Virus record (IMG/VR): IMGVR_UViG_3300049740_001611
Length of the DNA: 20,000 nt
Source of the DNA: an uncultured virus (IMG/VR IMGVR_UViG_3300049740_001611)
Lineage: Duplodnaviria > Heunggongvirae > Uroviricota > Caudoviricetes
Direction: 5' to 3' (one strand)
Positions 7,827-17,498 of the stretch are shown piece by piece. The translations under genes and the position numbers were made by a program. Below the pieces are notes generated by a model. It saw only the letters and a list, made by a program, of their open reading frames with translations. It did not search any database and had not been told where the DNA came from. Within the stretch, counting starts at the first letter, position 1, and each line of letters starts with the position of its first letter.

Positions 7827-8782
7827 TTATCTGGGGGATAGTTGGCAATAGCCACGATGCTAGTTTAGCAGTATTTAATAATGAAAAATTGTTATGGGCA
7901 GCACTTGCTAAAGATTTTAGCGGTGTGCCTAACGATCCTCATCTAAATAAGAAACTAATTAAAAAGGCACTTAAATTTGGAGCACCAAAAGAAATTATTT
8001 GGTATGAACGTCCTTTCTTAAAAACTATTAGACAATGGCGAGCAGGACAAGGTTGGTTAGGCAAAGAGAACGATATAGCTTCATATCTTTATGAACACAA
8101 TATTGTTCGTCCAATACAGTACACTCAGCATCACCATTCACATGCAGCATATGCTTATTACACTCAGCCACATGACAACTGTGCTGTAATATGCTTAGAT
8201 AGTATTGGTGAATTTGAAACACTAACCATATGGCATGGAAAGAACAATAAACTAAAAAAGATTTACAGTCAAAGTTATCCACATAGCCCAGGTTTATTTT
8301 ACTCTTCAATGACTCAACGTGTTGGTGGCGTTGCACAAAGAGATGAATATATGATAGCTGGCATGGGTAAAGATCATGACCCTGAGTATTACAGAAGTGC
8401 AATGATGGACGAGATTATACTAAAAATTCCCACAGCTAGTAACCCAGCCTGGAAGTTTAAGACTAATTTACACCGAGGGTGTAATTGGTTTTTACCTGAA
8501 GCTACTGATAATGAAGCTATGGGTAGACTTGCAGCAACTACCCAAAAAGTTTTTGAGGAAGCAGTTAGTGGACTTAGTACATGGGCTCAATGGAAAACCA
8601 AAAGCCCTAACTTAGCACTAGCAGGGGGTGGCGCACTTAATCGACAGGCTGTAGATAAAATTCGTCTGCAATGGAATAATATACACGTACCCCAAAACCC
8701 TGGAGACCCTGGTAGCTGTATTGGCGCTGTTTTAGCAAAAACAAAAACAAAAGTAGACCTAGAAGGAAAGTGGGTTGAATAA
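7823..8782 (+). CDS. Carbamoyltransferase (NodU/CmcH/TobZ family), N-terminal Kae1-like domain only
   Basis: SHDASLA, HHHSHAA, LDSIGE, GLFYS, LALAGGGALN, PGDPGSCIGA; no C-terminal YrdC-like domain. Confidence 0.88.
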   Translation: MIIWGIVGNSHDASLAVFNNEKLLWAALAKDFSGVPNDPHLNKKLIKKALKFGAPKEIIWYERPFLKTIRQWRAGQGWLGKENDIASYLYEHNIVRPIQYTQHHHSHAAYAYYTQPHDNCAVICLDSIGEFETLTIWHGKNNKLKKIYSQSYPHSPGLFYSSMTQRVGGVAQRDEYMIAGMGKDHDPEYYRSAMMDEIILKIPTASNPAWKFKTNLHRGCNWFLPEATDNEAMGRLAATTQKVFEEAVSGLSTWAQWKTKSPNLALAGGGALNRQAVDKIRLQWNNIHVPQNPGDPGSCIGAVLAKTKTKVDLEGKWVE

Positions 8783-8792
8783 TAATAAAAAC

Positions 8793-8821
8793 TTGACAGT
8801 AACGCATAAAGGTAATATACT
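8793..8821 (+). promoter_or_regulatory. Sigma70-type promoter for helicase
   Basis: TTGACA(8793-8798)-17 nt-TATACT(8816-8821); ATG 5 nt downstream. Confidence 0.85.
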
Positions 8822-8826
8822 ATAGT

Positions 8827-10245
8827 ATGACTAGACAAAATACAGATTACGGATATGATATACAAAAAGTATATCTAGAAATGTTTATGACAGACGCAGA
8901 AAGTTTTGTGCGCTGTCAAGCAGTGTTTGATCCTGAAGCGTTTGATAGACGCTTACAGGAGGGTGCTAAGTTCTTAACTGATTATGTTAGCGAACACAAT
9001 GCACTTCCAACAATGGACATGTTAAACGCCGCTACCAAAGCAGATCTAAAAGATCCGGGGCAACTACAAGAAAATCATTATGATTGGTTGTTACAAGAGT
9101 TTGAAACGTTCTCTAAGCACAAAGCACTAGAAGCAGCAATTCTTAAAAGTGCAGACTTGTTAGAGTCAGGCGACTATGGACAGTGTGAAGACTTAGTTAA
9201 GAAGGCTGTACAGATAGGCTTACAAAAAGACTTGGGTACAGACTACTATGCTGATCCAAGAGCAAGACTAGAAGGCATCAAGAGTACTAACGGACAGGTA
9301 AGCACAGGCTGGCCAGCTATGGATAAGAAACTGTTTGGTGGCTTTAACAGAGGCGAGCTGAATATCTTTGCAGGTGGCTCGGGTGCAGGCAAGAGTTTGT
9401 TCCTTGCTAACATTGGTGTTAACATGGCCGAGAAAGGCTTAAACGTAGTTTATTTGACACTAGAGCTTGCAGAGAGTCTAGTTAGTATGAGACTTGATAG
9501 TATGACTACGGGTATTCCAAGTCGTGACGTGTTTAAGAGCATTGACGATGTTGAAATGAAGGTTAAGATTATTGGCAAGAAGAACGGTGCATTCCAAGTC
9601 AAGTATATGCCTTCAGGCAAGACAGCAAACGATGTACGTAGTTACATTAAAGAATATGAAATTAAAACTGGCAAGAAGGTAGACGTGCTACTGATTGACT
9701 ACTTAGACTTGTTAATGCCAGCAAGCACAAAGGTAAGTGCAGAGAACTTGTTTATCAAAGACAAGTACGTAAGTGAAGAACTACGTAACCTAGCAATGGA
9801 ATTGAACACAGTGTTTGTTACAGCGGCACAGTTGAACCGTGGTGCTGTTGAAGAAATTGAATTTGATCACTCGCATATCTCAGGTGGACTTAGTAAGATC
9901 CAGACTGCGGATAACGTGTTTGGTATCTTTACAAGTAGAGCAATGCGTGAACGTGGACGCTATCAGCTACAGCTAATGAAGACACGTAACTCAAGTGGCG
10001 TAGGACAAAAGATTGATCTAGGCTTTGACTTAGATACTCTTCGAATTATTGATATCGGCGACGAAGATGAGCAATCGACAGCACCGCAAGGAGGAGCCAG
10101 TGCTATTGCCGCAGCACTCAAACGTACAAATGTTGTATCAACAGTTTCTGATGTGCCAAATGAAGGAACTACAGCGCCTAAAATTAAAGAACAAACAGAT
10201 TCTACTAAACTAAGATCGTTTTTAAACAATCTAGATAACGATTAA
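8827..10245 (+). CDS. Replicative DNA helicase (DnaB/T4 gp41-like)
   Basis: Walker A GGSGAGKS, YLTLE, Walker B LLIDYLDL, TAAQLNR, MKTRN. Confidence 0.93.
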   Translation: MTRQNTDYGYDIQKVYLEMFMTDAESFVRCQAVFDPEAFDRRLQEGAKFLTDYVSEHNALPTMDMLNAATKADLKDPGQLQENHYDWLLQEFETFSKHKALEAAILKSADLLESGDYGQCEDLVKKAVQIGLQKDLGTDYYADPRARLEGIKSTNGQVSTGWPAMDKKLFGGFNRGELNIFAGGSGAGKSLFLANIGVNMAEKGLNVVYLTLELAESLVSMRLDSMTTGIPSRDVFKSIDDVEMKVKIIGKKNGAFQVKYMPSGKTANDVRSYIKEYEIKTGKKVDVLLIDYLDLLMPASTKVSAENLFIKDKYVSEELRNLAMELNTVFVTAAQLNRGAVEEIEFDHSHISGGLSKIQTADNVFGIFTSRAMRERGRYQLQLMKTRNSSGVGQKIDLGFDLDTLRIIDIGDEDEQSTAPQGGASAIAAALKRTNVVSTVSDVPNEGTTAPKIKEQTDSTKLRSFLNNLDND

Positions 10246-10259
10246 ATTTTCTTAACTGC

Positions 10260-10288
10260 ATAAATATATTAAGTAAAACTGATAAATA
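10260..10288 (+). promoter_or_regulatory. Tandem late-promoter cores (ATAAATA x2)
   Basis: TAAATA at 10261-10266 and 10283-10288 upstream of SD AAGGA and ATG 10319. Confidence 0.6.
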
Positions 10289-10318
10289 TATGTATATTTT
10301 ATGCGCAAGGAAATATAA

Positions 10319-11089
10319 ATGCAAACAGGAAGATTAGGAGCTGTAGATGTAACTGCTGGTACAAGCAATGTTGTATATCATGTATACGATGCTGCCGGGA
10401 ATGACGCTGTACTTAACTTAAACATCGTAAACAGATCAAGTGCAAACCAAGCAGACTTTGGTGTATGTACAAGCACAAACGATAGCTGGAGTGACATAAA
10501 CACAATATTCGAAGGTATACTTGAAGCTAATGACGTTTACCAAAAAGGCGGCATATATGTAAATGCTGATGAAAGAGTAATTGTTAGAAGTTACCAAGGT
10601 GATCTTAGCGCAACAATTTTTGGAACAACTAGTGTAACAACAGTACAGGCACCTGCAACTGCAGAATCATATGTTGAACCTGTAACTAGAACACTAACTA
10701 TGACGCCCACTACTAATATCGACGAAGGCGCTAGTATTTCAATTACACTTGCAACAACAGGAGTTCTTAACGGAACTGTAATAGGTTATACTATATCTGG
10801 TGTAGATACATCAGATATCGGCGGCATGGCATTGACAGGAAATCTAACAGTAAACAATGGATTTGCAAGTTTAAGTATTCCTACAACTGCTGATGAAACT
10901 CCAGACGGAGCAGACACATTAGTCTTTACATTATCTACTGGTGAAACTGATAGCGTTATTATTAACGATACATCAACTGCACCACCTGCACAATATATTA
11001 CTGGTGCAGGCGGAATAGAGTCAGAATCTGGCGGATATAACATACACGTCTTTAACTCATCCGGTAATTTTGAAATTGAGAATGCATAA
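10319..11089 (+). CDS. Putative virion fibre/structural protein with Ig/Calx-beta-like domain
   Basis: T/G/S-rich; NIDEG...YTISG...ADETPDGADTLVFTL...IINDTS pattern; late promoter. Confidence 0.6.
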   Translation: MQTGRLGAVDVTAGTSNVVYHVYDAAGNDAVLNLNIVNRSSANQADFGVCTSTNDSWSDINTIFEGILEANDVYQKGGIYVNADERVIVRSYQGDLSATIFGTTSVTTVQAPATAESYVEPVTRTLTMTPTTNIDEGASISITLATTGVLNGTVIGYTISGVDTSDIGGMALTGNLTVNNGFASLSIPTTADETPDGADTLVFTLSTGETDSVIINDTSTAPPAQYITGAGGIESESGGYNIHVFNSSGNFEIENA

Positions 11090-11100
11090 GGAAACGATAA

Positions 11101-12027
11101 ATGCCATTTATTAAAAGTATTAGAAAAGGTCGAGGGCCGCAACAGCATAAAGAAACAACAAAAATTAATGATATTTTTGATGTAACAGGTGGCGACCAAA
11201 TTTATACAGCCGGCGGCTACACTATACATGCCTTTACCACTGTAGGCGAACACGATTTAAGTTTTAATCTAAAGAACAAATATAAAAATAATTATAAAGA
11301 AGCAATGCAGCTAGTTACTGAACTAGATTTAGAATATATTATTATTGCTGGAGGCGGCTCGGGTGGAGCAGAAGGTAGTGACCAAGGCGGCGCAGGAGGC
11401 GGCGGCGGAGGTGGATACCTCAGCGGAACCTTAGCTGATCGAGTTGTAGGTGATGGCCCATTCCCAGCAACTGTTGGAGACGGTGGCAGCCAACGTCAAG
11501 GAAGCAGCGGCAGCACAGGTCAAAGAGGAGACCCTTCATCGTTTAACGGATCACCAACTACCGGTGGCGGTGGTGGTGGCAGCTACACTAACAATGGACA
11601 ACCTGGAGGCTCAGGTGGTGGCGGCGGCGATGCCCGCTATGGATATCGATACGGTGGCAGTAATGTTGGCGGTCAAGGATATGATGGCGGACAAAATGGC
11701 CAAAGCTGGCGCGGAGCAGGTGGTGGCGGAGCAGGTGGCAATGCTGGTCCTGCGTATAGTACACAACATGGTGGCAGTGGTAGAGCAAGTTCAATTTCAG
11801 GATCGTCTATTTCGCGCGGCGGCGGCGGTGGCGGCGGTGGCGGCCCACGAAGCGGTGGCGGTGGACCAGGTCGTGGTGGTGGTGGCAACGGCGGCTATTC
11901 ACCTAAGCAAGGACAAGCAGGCACTGCCAACTATGGTGGCGGTGGTGGCGGTGTAAGTCATCAAGGCGGAAGTGATCCAAGTGGTGCAGGAGCTAAGGGC
12001 GTAGTTATTGTTAGATATCCAAACTAA
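11101..12027 (+). CDS. Glycine-rich domain protein (phage fibre-type)
   Basis: GGYTIHAFT, LEYIIIAGGGSGG, many GGGGG runs, terminal GAKGVVIVRYP; SD AAGGA. Confidence 0.8.
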   Translation: MPFIKSIRKGRGPQQHKETTKINDIFDVTGGDQIYTAGGYTIHAFTTVGEHDLSFNLKNKYKNNYKEAMQLVTELDLEYIIIAGGGSGGAEGSDQGGAGGGGGGGYLSGTLADRVVGDGPFPATVGDGGSQRQGSSGSTGQRGDPSSFNGSPTTGGGGGGSYTNNGQPGGSGGGGGDARYGYRYGGSNVGGQGYDGGQNGQSWRGAGGGGAGGNAGPAYSTQHGGSGRASSISGSSISRGGGGGGGGGPRSGGGGPGRGGGGNGGYSPKQGQAGTANYGGGGGGVSHQGGSDPSGAGAKGVVIVRYPN

Positions 12028-12029
12028 TA

Positions 12030-12464
12030 ATGCCGCAATACAAGTCTACTTTAAACATATTAACTGATCCTAGCGGCGACGAGCTGTTTGAATCCAAATG
12101 GATGGATGGCAATACTCCGTATATTCCTCCAACCCAAAACTGGGACTATAAGCGTGAAATGCGCATAGACGATGTTGATATATGGGAATGCTTGGTTGAG
12201 GCAAGCGGAGGGATTGGTATATATGCAGCACACAGTCCTTTTGCTGAGTTTTATTTAATTACTACAGGATGGGATTTTTCTGATCCTACTTATCACGATA
12301 AACATCTTACAGAAACATACTACGGGCCAAACGCACAAACTAAAGTTTTTGCTCGTGCCAAACAAATGGGATTGAATTTAGCAACATATGATCAATGGGC
12401 GGAACCAGATGAGTTATGGTTACACGACAATGTCACTCAGCCGTTAACCAGGTATAATAGTTAA
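12030..12464 (+). CDS. Hypothetical protein, paralog of 17554-17904
   Basis: WDY...WE...AAHSPFAEFYLI...ETYYG motif shared with the second copy. Confidence 0.75.
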   Translation: MPQYKSTLNILTDPSGDELFESKWMDGNTPYIPPTQNWDYKREMRIDDVDIWECLVEASGGIGIYAAHSPFAEFYLITTGWDFSDPTYHDKHLTETYYGPNAQTKVFARAKQMGLNLATYDQWAEPDELWLHDNVTQPLTRYNS

Positions 12465-12948
12465 AATTAATTACAGCTCTTGTTTTAGCATCGGTGTGTG
12501 TAGTGCCTGAATGTTCCATATTTCCATCAAATATTACAAGTCTATTTTCAACAGACTCAATTTTTTCTCCAGTAGCAAATTCTGTATATCCATTATTTGT
12601 GTTTAGATAGAATATTGCAGTTTTTCCGTTAAAATTAAAAAAGTCTACATGTGGAGGATAGTTATAAACTTTATCGGCGCAAGTAGTTAGATTTGCTTTT
12701 ATCCTGACCAAAGCACTTGGTTGCAAAATATCTAGTATAGGTTCAATAATATCTCCGTAATTACTACTTGGTTTCATGTTGTGATAAAATAAATGTATAA
12801 ATTGACAATCATAATTTTCTTGTTGTGAAGGCAAATTATTTCCTACTTTGGTATTACTAAAAAACCACGGAAATGAATTATTAAGCATAATATTTTGTAT
12901 ATGTTGTAGATGTTCTTGTGACACACAGTTATCAATTACTTCTATCAT
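12433..12948 (-). CDS. 2OG-Fe(II) oxygenase (HxD type)
   Basis: PHVD...AIFYLNTNNG...ENRLVIFDG..HSG...RAVINFNY. Confidence 0.85.
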   Translation of the reverse strand: MIEVIDNCVSQEHLQHIQNIMLNNSFPWFFSNTKVGNNLPSQQENYDCQFIHLFYHNMKPSSNYGDIIEPILDILQPSALVRIKANLTTCADKVYNYPPHVDFFNFNGKTAIFYLNTNNGYTEFATGEKIESVENRLVIFDGNMEHSGTTHTDAKTRAVINFNYYTWLTAE

Positions 12949-13559
12949 TTTGCCTCCATTCTAAAATTCATTGCTACACTAATTCTATCACTATCACTAA
13001 GATTCTTTTCTACCATATGTAGTAGATTAGATTTAAAGATTAATAGTTTGCTAGGTTGCGGCTCATAAAAACATGTTTCTGTTGATCCGGATATTCTTTC
13101 AAGCGGCACCTTTGTAGGTATAGTATTACCTGTTGCAATACTATCCATACTTTTAAATCTAATGTTACCTGAATTAGGCTGTGCGTCTACATAGTAAACA
13201 GCACTAAAATGATTGTTTGGATGCTGATGATATTCTTGATAGTTCATTGGTTGGGCAATATTAAACCAAAAATCTGTGCATGTAATTTTATAGTTTTCTA
13301 AATCTGCATCATATTCAGCAGCATATTTTTCTGTGTGTAAAATTGTTGTATTAACTAACTGTTCAATAACATCATCAATATCGTCATCTTTAAAAAACAA
13401 ATTTGTGTTAAGACTATTCCATGTATCACAGTTCCATTGCGTGTGAACATCTTTATTCAATTCATCGTGCAGTTGATAAGCACGTTTAGCTAAAGATTGG
13501 TTATCAATTTCATCTAAAAAATCATAATATATTAGTGTAGGAAACCATTGTTCAATCAT
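12945..13559 (-). CDS. 2OG-Fe(II) oxygenase, TIGR02466-like (HxH type)
   Basis: WFN...HQHPNNHFSAVYY...FKSNLLHMV...RISVAMN. Confidence 0.85.
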   Translation of the reverse strand: MIEQWFPTLIYYDFLDEIDNQSLAKRAYQLHDELNKDVHTQWNCDTWNSLNTNLFFKDDDIDDVIEQLVNTTILHTEKYAAEYDADLENYKITCTDFWFNIAQPMNYQEYHQHPNNHFSAVYYVDAQPNSGNIRFKSMDSIATGNTIPTKVPLERISGSTETCFYEPQPSKLLIFKSNLLHMVEKNLSDSDRISVAMNFRMEAK

Positions 13560-14182
13560 AGCGGACCTAACTTGTTAAACATATGGTCAGATCCAATACT
13601 GCCTTCAAACCATGTGTTAAAACTTAATACACATCGTATTCCACTGTTGTGCATTTCACTTTCAACTGAGTGCATAAGTTGTGAAGGGAACAAAACTAGA
13701 CGTCCTGTATGTACAGAAATTTTCTGCCAGTCCCAGTTCCACGGAGCATCCTTTGACTTGTTAGAATCCATTTCCCATTGTATACTTGGATATGTTGAAA
13801 CACCTGTCCTATGAAATTTTAGTTTAGCACTATCTTCATCGGCTGCTATATAATAAGCTCCACTAATGATACTGTTAGGATGTGAATGTGGAAATACTTC
13901 TTGTTTTGTATTGTTATGTTTTAAACACCAGCTCTGTGTAAATTTTAATTTTTGATCAGTAGATAGAGAATACTTTGAAAAATTATCTAATTGTTGTTGT
14001 AACCAATTTCTTAGATTCGGAACATGATTATCTAGTACATATGTATCTGCAGTCTGTTCAAACATTCCGTTAGAACTGTCGTTATTAACATTATATTCGA
14101 GATCTAAAAGTGCTGGGTGATCGTCAAATACATTGTTATCTACAACAGCTATTGCAGTAGGAAAAATTAATTCAATATTCAT
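13556..14182 (-). CDS. 2OG-Fe(II) oxygenase, TIGR02466-like (HxH type)
   Basis: SW...HSHPNSIISGAYY...LFPSQLMHSV...RCVLSFN. Confidence 0.85.
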   Translation of the reverse strand: MNIELIFPTAIAVVDNNVFDDHPALLDLEYNVNNDSSNGMFEQTADTYVLDNHVPNLRNWLQQQLDNFSKYSLSTDQKLKFTQSWCLKHNNTKQEVFPHSHPNSIISGAYYIAADEDSAKLKFHRTGVSTYPSIQWEMDSNKSKDAPWNWDWQKISVHTGRLVLFPSQLMHSVESEMHNSGIRCVLSFNTWFEGSIGSDHMFNKLGPL

Positions 14183-14778
14183 TTTGTATACTCTATATAA
14201 CTAGGCGTAGTTGTTTGTTTGTTTAATGATCCAATACTATCACGCTTGTCCCATTTCCATTCAGCACACGAACCTTTTTTGTTTACGTAATGAAAAAATC
14301 CTTGTACGTGCCAAGCATCGTCGTCTTTGATATCAAATGTATTACGCCAATGCTCTAGATCCATGCCTTTATATATGACCATATCGCCGGGCTCTAAAAC
14401 AATGCCTTCACCTTCCATATAGATAGGCCATTCATAATTTTCATAGTTGTAGTTAAAACATAGTGTACATGATATTTCACAACTTGGTCTATCCTTATGT
14501 TTTTCTAATCTATCTCCAGGGTAATAAATTCTATAATAAGAATATGTTGGGTCTAGTTCAAGTCCTGTTTCTTTTTCCATAGTAGGTAATAAAGTTGTTA
14601 ACACTGTTTCCATTGCAGGATCAGCATACTTGCTAAATGCATTTGGAACTTGAATGTCATCTTTAGATTCGTTTTGCATCTCATCAAAGAATGTATATTG
14701 AGTTATAAAGTCTCGAAGTTCAGGTGTTATTGCATTCTTTACAACACAGTAACCTAAGTCGGCAAATTTTTTATTCAT
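14179..14778 (-). CDS. 2OG-Fe(II) oxygenase (HxD type)
   Basis: YSYYRIY...HKDRPSCEISCTL...GDMVIYKG..LEHWR. Confidence 0.85.
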   Translation of the reverse strand: MNKKFADLGYCVVKNAITPELRDFITQYTFFDEMQNESKDDIQVPNAFSKYADPAMETVLTTLLPTMEKETGLELDPTYSYYRIYYPGDRLEKHKDRPSCEISCTLCFNYNYENYEWPIYMEGEGIVLEPGDMVIYKGMDLEHWRNTFDIKDDDAWHVQGFFHYVNKKGSCAEWKWDKRDSIGSLNKQTTTPSYIEYTK

Positions 14779-15541
14779 CCAATTTTCCTTTACTCATGTA
14801 CGGACATCCTTCTATCTTTTCAACGTTATCAATTAAACGTTTCTTACTTTGATAGATATTTTTGTTTCCTTTTAAAAACATGTATTCACTTCCTTCACCA
14901 ATTCGACTCCATTGTTCTTTTGAAACAAGATGATTCTTAATTATAACATTACGATCAGTCATAGGATGCATTATAACCATAGGAGTTAATGAAGGAATAT
15001 TAATGTCTTTGGGATCGTCTTTATTTAAAACTAACCAATTTATATTAGTCCAGTGTTGATACTTGTAGTCTACTACAGCAGGTAAAACTGTTATTTGATC
15101 TATTTTATCACGCATACTCCAAGTAGGTTGTGTCCAAGTAAATTGCACAAGCTCTTGAGTTTTAAATACCCACGGAGAATCAAATTTTAAATTACTGCCG
15201 TTGTCTTCACTGTATAATCCCCATTGGTCAAATGAATGACTACCGTCAGTATTTACAGCAGGGTTACTTGCTTCCCAAGTGTATGCATTCTCTTTGGTAT
15301 TATACTTAGAGTTAATATGAAAGTCAATTTCAAACCAACTAGGAATAACTATTCCTGATTTGTAATAATCGATCAACCCCTGACACACTCGTATTGTATC
15401 GTCGCCATTATTTGTTCTGCTAGGTGTATCCTTCCACCATTGTGGCATGTATTTGTTACCATAGTTTATTTTAGCATGATCATAAACCCAGGGTACGTAT
15501 GTGTAGCAATCGAGAACGATATCTTTTTTCTTAAACATCAC
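14771..15541 (-). CDS. Hypothetical protein embedded in the oxygenase array (possible dUTPase-like beta-clip fold)
   Basis: CQGLIDYYKSGIVIPSW, KFDSPW, LPAVVDY, LTPMV; no HxD/H facial triad. Confidence 0.65.
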   Translation of the reverse strand: MMFKKKDIVLDCYTYVPWVYDHAKINYGNKYMPQWWKDTPSRTNNGDDTIRVCQGLIDYYKSGIVIPSWFEIDFHINSKYNTKENAYTWEASNPAVNTDGSHSFDQWGLYSEDNGSNLKFDSPWVFKTQELVQFTWTQPTWSMRDKIDQITVLPAVVDYKYQHWTNINWLVLNKDDPKDINIPSLTPMVIMHPMTDRNVIIKNHLVSKEQWSRIGEGSEYMFLKGNKNIYQSKKRLIDNVEKIEGCPYMSKGKLDE

Positions 15542-16134
15542 TTGTACCTCGCGTTAAAACTTAGTATAGTTCTTTGTTGTGATTGATTATGTTCGCTCTT
15601 ACTACCGTGTGTTAACCAACTAGGAAACATTAGTACGTCTCCAACTTCAGGCTGTATATAAAAGTATTCAAAGTTATAGTCTGTAGGATGCGATGTTTGA
15701 TTACAATAGGCTACCATTTTGTTTGGATTATCAAAGTATATTCTACTGCTGTCGCTGTCTGTTTGTGTATAGATTACACAACTTACAATACTGTTTGCAT
15801 GTAGATGTGTTACAAGTCTGCTGCCCGGTCTTTGTACACTATACCAACTGTTGGTTACCTCAACTGGGTCAAGGCCATACGTGTATGTATATTCATTTAG
15901 CATATGCTGTATAGTATCACTAAAGTCTTGACAACCTGGTACACTGGATGTAATACTTTTTATAATATCTGTAGTTTCATCGTGTGAACTAACACCGTCA
16001 CCGTCTATAGCACTGTGCGGTCCACTACGCAGCGTAGATAGATATTGATTGATATCTTGTAGTTGCTGTGCAGTAAACACCTCAGTAAATCTAGTTACGG
16101 GTGTAGGAAATAAATTCCAAGTGTTACTTTTCAT
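15538..16134 (-). CDS. 2OG-Fe(II) oxygenase, TIGR02466-like (HxH type)
   Basis: LFPTPV; SW...HLHANSIVSCVIY...FPSWLTHGS...RTILSFN. Confidence 0.85.
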   Translation of the reverse strand: MKSNTWNLFPTPVTRFTEVFTAQQLQDINQYLSTLRSGPHSAIDGDGVSSHDETTDIIKSITSSVPGCQDFSDTIQHMLNEYTYTYGLDPVEVTNSWYSVQRPGSRLVTHLHANSIVSCVIYTQTDSDSSRIYFDNPNKMVAYCNQTSHPTDYNFEYFYIQPEVGDVLMFPSWLTHGSKSEHNQSQQRTILSFNARYK

Positions 16135-16724
16135 TCGTGTACCTTGATGTTAAATGCGATGCTTACTCTAGGTTCGCCGTCAGCATTATTATTGTTTTCT
16201 ACATAGTGTTCTAGCCAACTAGGAAACAACAGTATCTCTCCTGCAACTGGCTCATACTCCCATACTTCACTAAATGGACCTTGTGCTACGTCCCCTTGGT
16301 GTTGTGGCGAATCAATATAGCTTGCTATTGCTGTCCTAGCAGGATTTAAAAAACGTATCCGGCCGCTGTCTTGGGGCACATTAATATACACAACTCCGCT
16401 AATTGTTGAGTCAGGATGAACATGTGGTGAATTATTACATGCAGCCCTATTGATGTTGATCCAGCTGTTCATTAGTGTGTACCCATTATTTAATTTGCCG
16501 TAGTTCACAACTCCCTGTAGACAGCCCAGTATGTTAGGTATCAATACATCAAACGGTGCAGCAGTAAGTTCTATATTAGGTGACTGCCATCCACCTACAT
16601 TGCTTTTGGTTACACTATCGAGCTGTTGTTCCATACTAAGACACGCTGCTAGTACAGGAACTAGATCAGCTTCGCTAGTATGCGTAGCAACAAACAGTGG
16701 AAAGATTTCATTTATGTGTATCAT
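16131..16724 (-). CDS. 2OG-Fe(II) oxygenase, TIGR02466-like (HxH type)
   Basis: SNVGGWQS; WININ...HVHPDSTISGVVY...FPSWLEHYV...RVSIAFN. Confidence 0.9.
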   Translation of the reverse strand: MIHINEIFPLFVATHTSEADLVPVLAACLSMEQQLDSVTKSNVGGWQSPNIELTAAPFDVLIPNILGCLQGVVNYGKLNNGYTLMNSWININRAACNNSPHVHPDSTISGVVYINVPQDSGRIRFLNPARTAIASYIDSPQHQGDVAQGPFSEVWEYEPVAGEILLFPSWLEHYVENNNNADGEPRVSIAFNIKVHE

Positions 16725-17344
16725 ACTTCATTGATCCAAGTTACTATAGCATACTTGGTGCCGTCAGTGACTGGATGTGCAATGTGTGCATATGCAAAGT
16801 TACTGGGGAACACTATCAGCATACCTGCTTGTGGTTTGATCTTTACACCAAAGTGCGGAAACTCAAGTTCACCACCTTCATAGTCGTCATTGAGATAACA
16901 GATAGCACTTACAATCCTTGTGCTTGTTCCGCTGCCGTCGTGGTGCGCTCCGTAGTTTTGACCGCCCGAATATTTGAGTAGACTGTAGTCTTCGTAGCGT
17001 GTATCACCTTCTATGCCCATGCGTTTACAGTAGGGTTCAACTGTTGCGTTGAGCAGCATGTTCATTTGATTGTGTGTGTTCTGCATAACAGCATTATCAT
17101 CAACGTCAGCTAGATAGGTAATACCTAGATTTAGATTGGTGCGCCTTGTTTGATGTACGCCTCTGCCTATGGTTTCTGCACGTTGCCAGCTGACCAAGTT
17201 GTCAGTGTCTGCACACTCCTGTTCTATTCTAGCTACAGTTTGTTCAGGGTTAGGCCATGCACGTTCGTATATTGAAATGCATCCTGCTATAGTTGTTGTG
17301 GGTTCAATTTCACCAACAAAGAATCCATTGATGTTAGTAGCCAT
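16721..17344 (-). CDS. Prolyl-4-hydroxylase-like 2OG-Fe(II) oxygenase
   Basis: LLKY...HHDG...YLNDDYEGGELEF...FPSNFAYAHIAHPVTDGTKY; SD GGAGAAGGA supports ATG at 17344. Confidence 0.9.
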   Translation of the reverse strand: MATNINGFFVGEIEPTTTIAGCISIYERAWPNPEQTVARIEQECADTDNLVSWQRAETIGRGVHQTRRTNLNLGITYLADVDDNAVMQNTHNQMNMLLNATVEPYCKRMGIEGDTRYEDYSLLKYSGGQNYGAHHDGSGTSTRIVSAICYLNDDYEGGELEFPHFGVKIKPQAGMLIVFPSNFAYAHIAHPVTDGTKYAIVTWINEV

Positions 17345-17498
17345 GTTCTTGTTTCCTTCTCCATACGCAATAGTATTCGCACCACATGACCCATAGCGCA
17401 TATGCCATAACACCACCTGTGATGCCTATGTTAAAAAATGAAAATTGTATGAGCCATGCATACCAAATGCTGAAAACTATATCGTACCATCTAATCAT
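17334..17498 (-). CDS. Small membrane protein (54 aa, MIRWYDIVFSIWYAWLIQ...)
   Basis: Not in ORF track; two hydrophobic segments and a basic C-tail; preceded by TAAGTA-N5; overlaps start of next gene by 11 nt. Confidence 0.7.
   Translation of the reverse strand: MIRWYDIVFSIWYAWLIQFSFFNIGITGGVMAYALWVMWCEYYCVWRRKQEHGY

Noticed and set aside
9100..10000. Apparent excess of AAG/GAG codons in the helicase core suggesting mosaicism
   Set aside because: Visual impression only, not quantified; could reflect expression bias
124..10229. Antisense and alternative-frame ORFs in the track (e.g. 124-489, 588-914, 3150-3620, 8028-8402, 9963-10229)
   Set aside because: Lie within well-supported genes, with no motifs or expression signals
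11390..11960. GGC/GGT-rich repeats and alternative-frame ORFs (11450-11956 +, 11673-11888 - Pro-rich)
   Set aside because: Explained by poly-glycine codons of the 11101-12027 gene; shadow ORFs
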